From NCBI GenBank assembly GCA_964583675.1, contig CAZOVH010000001.1, forward strand, positions 17,754 to 81,753: a stretch of DNA of 64,000 nt, given 5' to 3'. Numbering within the stretch: the first letter of the stretch is position 1; each line of letters begins with the position of its first letter. The position numbers and the translations under genes are program-made. The stretch comes from an uncultured Candidatus Saccharibacteria bacterium. Lineage in GTDB: Bacteria; Patescibacteriota; Saccharimonadia; CAILAD01; GCA-016700035. The notes under the pieces were generated by a model, which saw only the letters and a program-made list of their open reading frames with translations, made no database searches and was not told where the DNA came from. Positions 60,217 through 64,000 of the stretch are shown here, piece by piece.

Positions 60217-60822
60217 CTAAAATCGCCACTGCCAATCTTGTAGAACTTCGACTGCAAACACACGGTCAGGCTCTGTTGTTGCCCAAGCACGCAGCTCGAA
60301 AGCAGTAATTGGCTCCTGCCCATCAACGCGAATGGAATCTTCCAAAAATACAAGGTACGAAACAAAGCTCTCATTGTTTTGAGGATAGAATTCTTCCAAA
60401 CGCCAGCCGGTTCGTCCACCCACTATCACGCGATCGCGAGATTTTTCTACAGCACCAAGGGTCAACCACCGCTGACGCCAGTTTTCAATCATGGCTTCTT
60501 CACTCTGGGCACCATAGTATGGCGACACCTGAAAATATGTATATTTACGAGGGCGAGCGTAAGCTCCCGTGAGACAATCGGGATTACTCGTAATCTCAAA
60601 GTCTGCAGGTATATAAAACTCATAGCAACGAGTCTCCACCCTAGTCTGATCCGGCTTTTCTTCCAAGACCAAAGGTTTTGGCCTAAATTGTTGACCATCC
60701 TGTCGGCTAACCCAAAGCCGCCAACCGAATATACCTAAAAAGAACCCCATCACTACGAGCAGTCCAAAAAATATAGCCCGAGAAAATAATTCTTCCCGGC
60801 GGTGACGAGCAATTTTAGTCAC
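60217..60822 (-). CDS. Membrane-anchored protein, member C of the triplicated family
   Basis: 201 aa. TM (IFFGLLVVMGFFLGIFGWRLWV), then ETRCYEFYIPADFEITSNPDCLTGAY, ending LQDWQWRF. Its start overlaps the arginase-family stop (ATGA). Confidence 0.55.
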   Translation of the reverse strand: MTKIARHRREELFSRAIFFGLLVVMGFFLGIFGWRLWVSRQDGQQFRPKPLVLEEKPDQTRVETRCYEFYIPADFEITSNPDCLTGAYARPRKYTYFQVSPYYGAQSEEAMIENWRQRWLTLGAVEKSRDRVIVGGRTGWRLEEFYPQNNESFVSYLVFLEDSIRVDGQEPITAFELRAWATTEPDRVFAVEVLQDWQWRF

Positions 60823-61721
60823 GACGCGTCAGAGCGCAAATAGTCCTGATAACTATTCCACTCTCCCCCCAGCAATTTCATGGTGAGCTCTTGTGCCAAC
60901 CTTACAGTCTTACCTTCAACATCTCTAGTTGGATTCACCTCCACCATATCTACAGCTACCGGGTTAAGGGAGCCCAATTTACGGGCAATGTATTCAGCTT
61001 CGCGATACGTCAGCCCGCCAGCGTTTTGTATTCCTGTGCCGGGTGCAAACTGGGCGTCAATCGCATCTATGTCATAGCTTACGTGCACTGGCCGATCACC
61101 TGCCCACGTGGCGACTTGCTGCATTACTGCACCAATGCCTTGCTCAAGAATCCCATCCATCGAAGCATGGGCAATTTTTTGTTCCGCCAGCCAGTGCGCT
61201 TCTTCAATATCAATATCTTTAATGCCCACCAAAAAGATTTCAGACGGTGCGTAATAAGGCCCGGGGAATAATTTTGTAAGCGTGTCGCCAGCCGCGATCC
61301 TAAGGGGCAAACCATGAATATTGCGCGTCTCAGAAGATTCCAATGTGTGTGCATCAGGATGCGCATCTACATACACGCAAACCGCATCCGGATAACGCTG
61401 CTTGGTGGCCAAGAGACTTACCGCACCGATGGAATGATCACCGCCAAGCACCAAAGTTTTTTCGTCGTAAGATGTGTTTCCAGCAAGCTGCCGATACAAT
61501 TCCTGTAACCATGGCAAGAGGGTTGTAGCATTCCTCAAGCCAAGTTCTTCATAATTTTTATCTTCACCAACAGCTGAAACTTCTGAGATTTTTAACGCCC
61601 AATCATCCCCCACCAGGGCGTCACGCAACCCCGACTCCAAAAGTACCTCGGGTGCAGTCTCGCAACCATGGTTCACACTACCTTCGGACGTACCGGCGCA
61701 TACAACGTGCAATTTCTTCAT
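60819..61721 (-). CDS. Arginase/agmatinase/formiminoglutamase-family ureohydrolase
   Basis: 300 aa. Mn-binding motifs are present: GGDHSIGAVSL, DAHPDAH and SYDIDAIDAQFAPGTG. Confidence 0.75.
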   Translation of the reverse strand: MKKLHVVCAGTSEGSVNHGCETAPEVLLESGLRDALVGDDWALKISEVSAVGEDKNYEELGLRNATTLLPWLQELYRQLAGNTSYDEKTLVLGGDHSIGAVSLLATKQRYPDAVCVYVDAHPDAHTLESSETRNIHGLPLRIAAGDTLTKLFPGPYYAPSEIFLVGIKDIDIEEAHWLAEQKIAHASMDGILEQGIGAVMQQVATWAGDRPVHVSYDIDAIDAQFAPGTGIQNAGGLTYREAEYIARKLGSLNPVAVDMVEVNPTRDVEGKTVRLAQELTMKLLGGEWNSYQDYLRSDAS

Positions 61722-61751
61722 CGCTCTTCATTATCAACCATAGCGACAGTC

Positions 61752-63101
61752 ATGAGAAGCCTGGCCCAACCACAAAAAACGTTTACAATAGAGACTATGC
61801 TACATCGCTTGAAGAAACTCGTACCAAAAAGTGCCGTAAATGGTTTCCATTATTTTGAAGCCTTGGCAGCCGGCTTCGCATATCGCCATCCAAGTCGCCA
61901 CATGGTTATAATCGGCGTGGTTGGCTCTAAGGGTAAAACCACTCTAGCCAACTTGCTCTGGGCAGCCCTATCCGGCGACGGATCAAAAGTAGGGCTTATC
62001 GGCACTGCTAATATTCGGATTGGTCACGAAGAACGCCTCAATCCTTACCATATGACAATGCCTGGGCGTCATCGAATGCAAAAAGTTCTTGCCGAAATGC
62101 GCCAAGCTGGCTGTCACTATGCGGTTATGGAAGTGCCCTCGGAAGGTCAGGCACAATGGCGTCATGTCGGTATTTACTTTGATATGCTAATTTTTACCAA
62201 CGTCACGCGTGAGCTGATGGCGAGCCACAACTACTCGCTCGACATTCTACACGAGCATAATAAGCGCGTGTTCGCCAGTCTCTCACAGAAACCCAAAACC
62301 GTTCAGGGCCGCTTGCAACCAAAAATCCTGATCGCCAACTCTGACGCTGAGCATTTTACACAATATTTTGAACACATCGCCGACATCAAGCGCAGCTATT
62401 CGGTGACTAAAAAAAGCGACTATCGAGCCACGCGTATAGAAACCTCTCCACGAGGAGCCGAGTTTGTCATAAATAAACATTCATACCACATCCCAATACC
62501 GGGTGCGATCAACGTCAGCAATGCTGCTGGTGCCATTGCCGCCGCCCTCGAGCTAGGTAAGTCTCCGCAGGTGATTGCGCGCGGCTTAAGTGAGTTAAGT
62601 GTCATTCCGGGTCGTATGGAGCGCATCGAAGCTGGTCAGAAATTCCATGTCATAGTCGACTACGCACATGAAGAAACTGGTATGCAAGCCCTGATGGATA
62701 GCGCTCAAGATATGGTGCAAAAAGGCAGTAAAATCATAACTTTACTGGGGGCCGAAGGTGGTGGGCGCGACGAGCTCAAGCGACCAATTATGGGTGAAAT
62801 TGCCATGCGCGGCAGTGACTACGTAGTCCTCTCAAATGTCGATCCTTATCGTGACGACCCCGAAAAGATCATTGACGATATTGCTACTGGAGTCGAAGAG
62901 GCTAGCGGTAAGCTCAATGAAACATACTGGCGAATTACCGATCGACGAGCCGGAATCGCAAAAGCCCTATCTCTCGCAACCGACAATGATCTGGTGTTAA
63001 TCACCGGTAAAGGTGCCGAGCAATCAATCGTTATTGGAGGTAAAAAAACAGCTTGGGACGACCGTCAAGTAGTACGCGAGGAACTAAAAAAACTGCGCTA
63101 A
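61752..63101 (+). CDS. murE: Mur ligase, most consistent with UDP-N-acetylmuramoyl-L-alanyl-D-glutamate ligase MurE
   Basis: P-loop IGVVGSKGKTTLANLL, Mur-ligase central and C-terminal domains, and a C-terminal LITGKGAEQSIVIGGKKTAWDDRQVVREEL resembling the MurE tail. The start is taken at the internal ATG 61752 because the ORF-track start at 61668 overlaps the convergent arginase gene. Confidence 0.7.
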   Translation: MRSLAQPQKTFTIETMLHRLKKLVPKSAVNGFHYFEALAAGFAYRHPSRHMVIIGVVGSKGKTTLANLLWAALSGDGSKVGLIGTANIRIGHEERLNPYHMTMPGRHRMQKVLAEMRQAGCHYAVMEVPSEGQAQWRHVGIYFDMLIFTNVTRELMASHNYSLDILHEHNKRVFASLSQKPKTVQGRLQPKILIANSDAEHFTQYFEHIADIKRSYSVTKKSDYRATRIETSPRGAEFVINKHSYHIPIPGAINVSNAAGAIAAALELGKSPQVIARGLSELSVIPGRMERIEAGQKFHVIVDYAHEETGMQALMDSAQDMVQKGSKIITLLGAEGGGRDELKRPIMGEIAMRGSDYVVLSNVDPYRDDPEKIIDDIATGVEEASGKLNETYWRITDRRAGIAKALSLATDNDLVLITGKGAEQSIVIGGKKTAWDDRQVVREELKKLR

Positions 63102-63529
63102 AGTGTGTGGCTAGAGCTATTTAAAAAGCCAACAATAATTGCCGTCCACCACATAAGTTGTGAGATGGAGATCAGTACTATGCTACGCACTTGCAAGGCA
63201 CGTGGCAGCTCAAAGAACTTACTCTGCGGGGCCGCCTCCGTGGCCCTATGAAGACGATCAAGTAGTACTCCGTTGATTATTAAAATGACCACCGCCACCA
63301 ATTTCATTCGTGTGCGCGTTGAGATTTCATCTGGAAGCAAGATGGAGCCACTCACAACGAGCAAAACTACACTCACCCAAATCAGCTTCTGGGCAACATT
63401 ACTCACATTCAATACCAGCTTTTTATCAGTTTTACCGATAACCCACAGCGCACCAATCGTATCGACAAGCATCACCGCGCCAAAACCAACTGCAAAGGCA
63501 ATCAGGTGAACGAATAGCGCCAATTTCAT
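63098..63529 (-). CDS. Hypothetical integral membrane protein (about 4 TM)
   Basis: 143 aa with four hydrophobic helices. Its stop overlaps the murE stop region, convergent. Confidence 0.45.
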   Translation of the reverse strand: MKLALFVHLIAFAVGFGAVMLVDTIGALWVIGKTDKKLVLNVSNVAQKLIWVSVVLLVVSGSILLPDEISTRTRMKLVAVVILIINGVLLDRLHRATEAAPQSKFFELPRALQVRSIVLISISQLMWWTAIIVGFLNSSSHTL

Positions 63530-63786
63530 TGTGGACTTAATTCTCTACTTGGCTTATCGCTTTTAATATGGGCAATCACCGTCAGTGCACCGAGCATAAA
63601 GCTACACCACAAAATTGAGAGCGCCATCGCAGCCCAGATATTTTCAAAAATTAGATTGAGCCAAGAAATAACACCTGTTACCACTAGAAGCCATACAAAT
63701 ACCACAAGCCAACCCTGCCAGCTATTCGGCAGCCAGCCAGAACCTTTCTGACGTGCTTTAAACCAATTCTTTCGTTCGTTTTTCAT
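63526..63786 (-). CDS. Small hypothetical membrane protein (2 TM)
   Basis: 86 aa with two hydrophobic helices. Its start (ATGA) overlaps the stop of the upstream partial gene. Confidence 0.4.
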   Translation of the reverse strand: MKNERKNWFKARQKGSGWLPNSWQGWLVVFVWLLVVTGVISWLNLIFENIWAAMALSILWCSFMLGALTVIAHIKSDKPSRELSPQ

Positions 63787-64000
63787 ACTTTCCTCATTGT
63801 AAACCTATCACCCTGCGCTTCCAAGAAGCCTTCATGTGCAAGCTCATCACAAACCCGTTCTACATCACTTTCTTCAAAGCCAATAATTTTGTCGCCCAAT
63901 CTTAGGTATCCCGTTTCGAGCACCCGCTCTAAAATCAGTCCCCTCAGCTGGCGATTCGAGCCCTCAAACTTAGATTGCCTCGTATAATGTTTGCTACGTC
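63783..64000 (-). CDS. C-terminal fragment of an unidentified protein. The gene starts beyond the window end.
   Basis: Minus-strand frame reads ...KFEGSNRQLRGLILERVLETGYLRLGDKIIGFEESDVERVCDELAHEGFLEAQGDRFTMRKV* with TGA at 63785..63783. The helix-rich C-terminus is winged-helix-like. Identity is unknown. Confidence 0.4.
   Translation of the reverse strand, partial: RSKHYTRQSKFEGSNRQLRGLILERVLETGYLRLGDKIIGFEESDVERVCDELAHEGFLEAQGDRFTMRKV

Noticed and set aside
61668-61751. Extended murE start overlapping the convergent arginase-family gene by 54 nt
   Set aside because: The first 28 codons are non-conserved (MVHTTFGRTGAYNVQFLHRSSLS…) and overlap the 3' end of a well-supported gene on the other strand. 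The internal ATG at 61752 is preferred. The call remains uncertain.

Overview
Gene-dense bacterial window, roughly 50% GC with local variation. Frequent 1-4 nt start/stop overlaps (ATGA-type) link neighbouring genes, and most genes are on the minus strand. About 22.5 kb (5110..27649) is one co-oriented minus-strand array. It contains a complete monoderm-type type IV pilus (T4P) locus, in transcription order pilM-pilN-pilO-small ORF-pilB-pilT-pilC, then its own promoter, pilA, a terminator hairpin, pilD, three minor pilins and a 455-aa PilX-like protein. No secretin (PilQ) or PilP is present. Immediately upstream of pilM and co-oriented are two giant paralogous surface proteins of 1764 and 1333 aa. 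They share an unrecognised C-terminal module of roughly 420-590 aa and are separated by a translationally coupled 347-aa membrane protein. This giant-protein module is the most interesting candidate for an undescribed system, possibly pilus-associated adhesins or host-attachment factors. The remainder is housekeeping. Partial ndk, M16 peptidase, DedA, a Wzy_C/TPR protein and a Xer recombinase lie before the pilus locus. After it come ychF, a HIT protein, efp, the rpsF-ssb-rpsR operon, recA-recX, yajQ, a RodZ-like protein, ftsK and cmk. Next is a three-gene exopolysaccharide-like cluster, then rnj, a family-4 UDG, pnp-rpsO-truB-DHH, rpsT, holA, mutM, polA, rpoD-dnaG, and a serine hydrolase. The window ends with a tandem triplicated family of membrane-anchored proteins that carry a conserved Cys pair and a C-terminal W-x-W motif, next to an arginase-family gene, followed by murE. 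The monoderm-type T4P without secretin, the giant surface proteins, the reduced housekeeping content and the tight gene coupling fit a Candidate Phyla Radiation / Saccharibacteria-like genome. This is inference only. No rRNA, tRNA or CRISPR array was seen.
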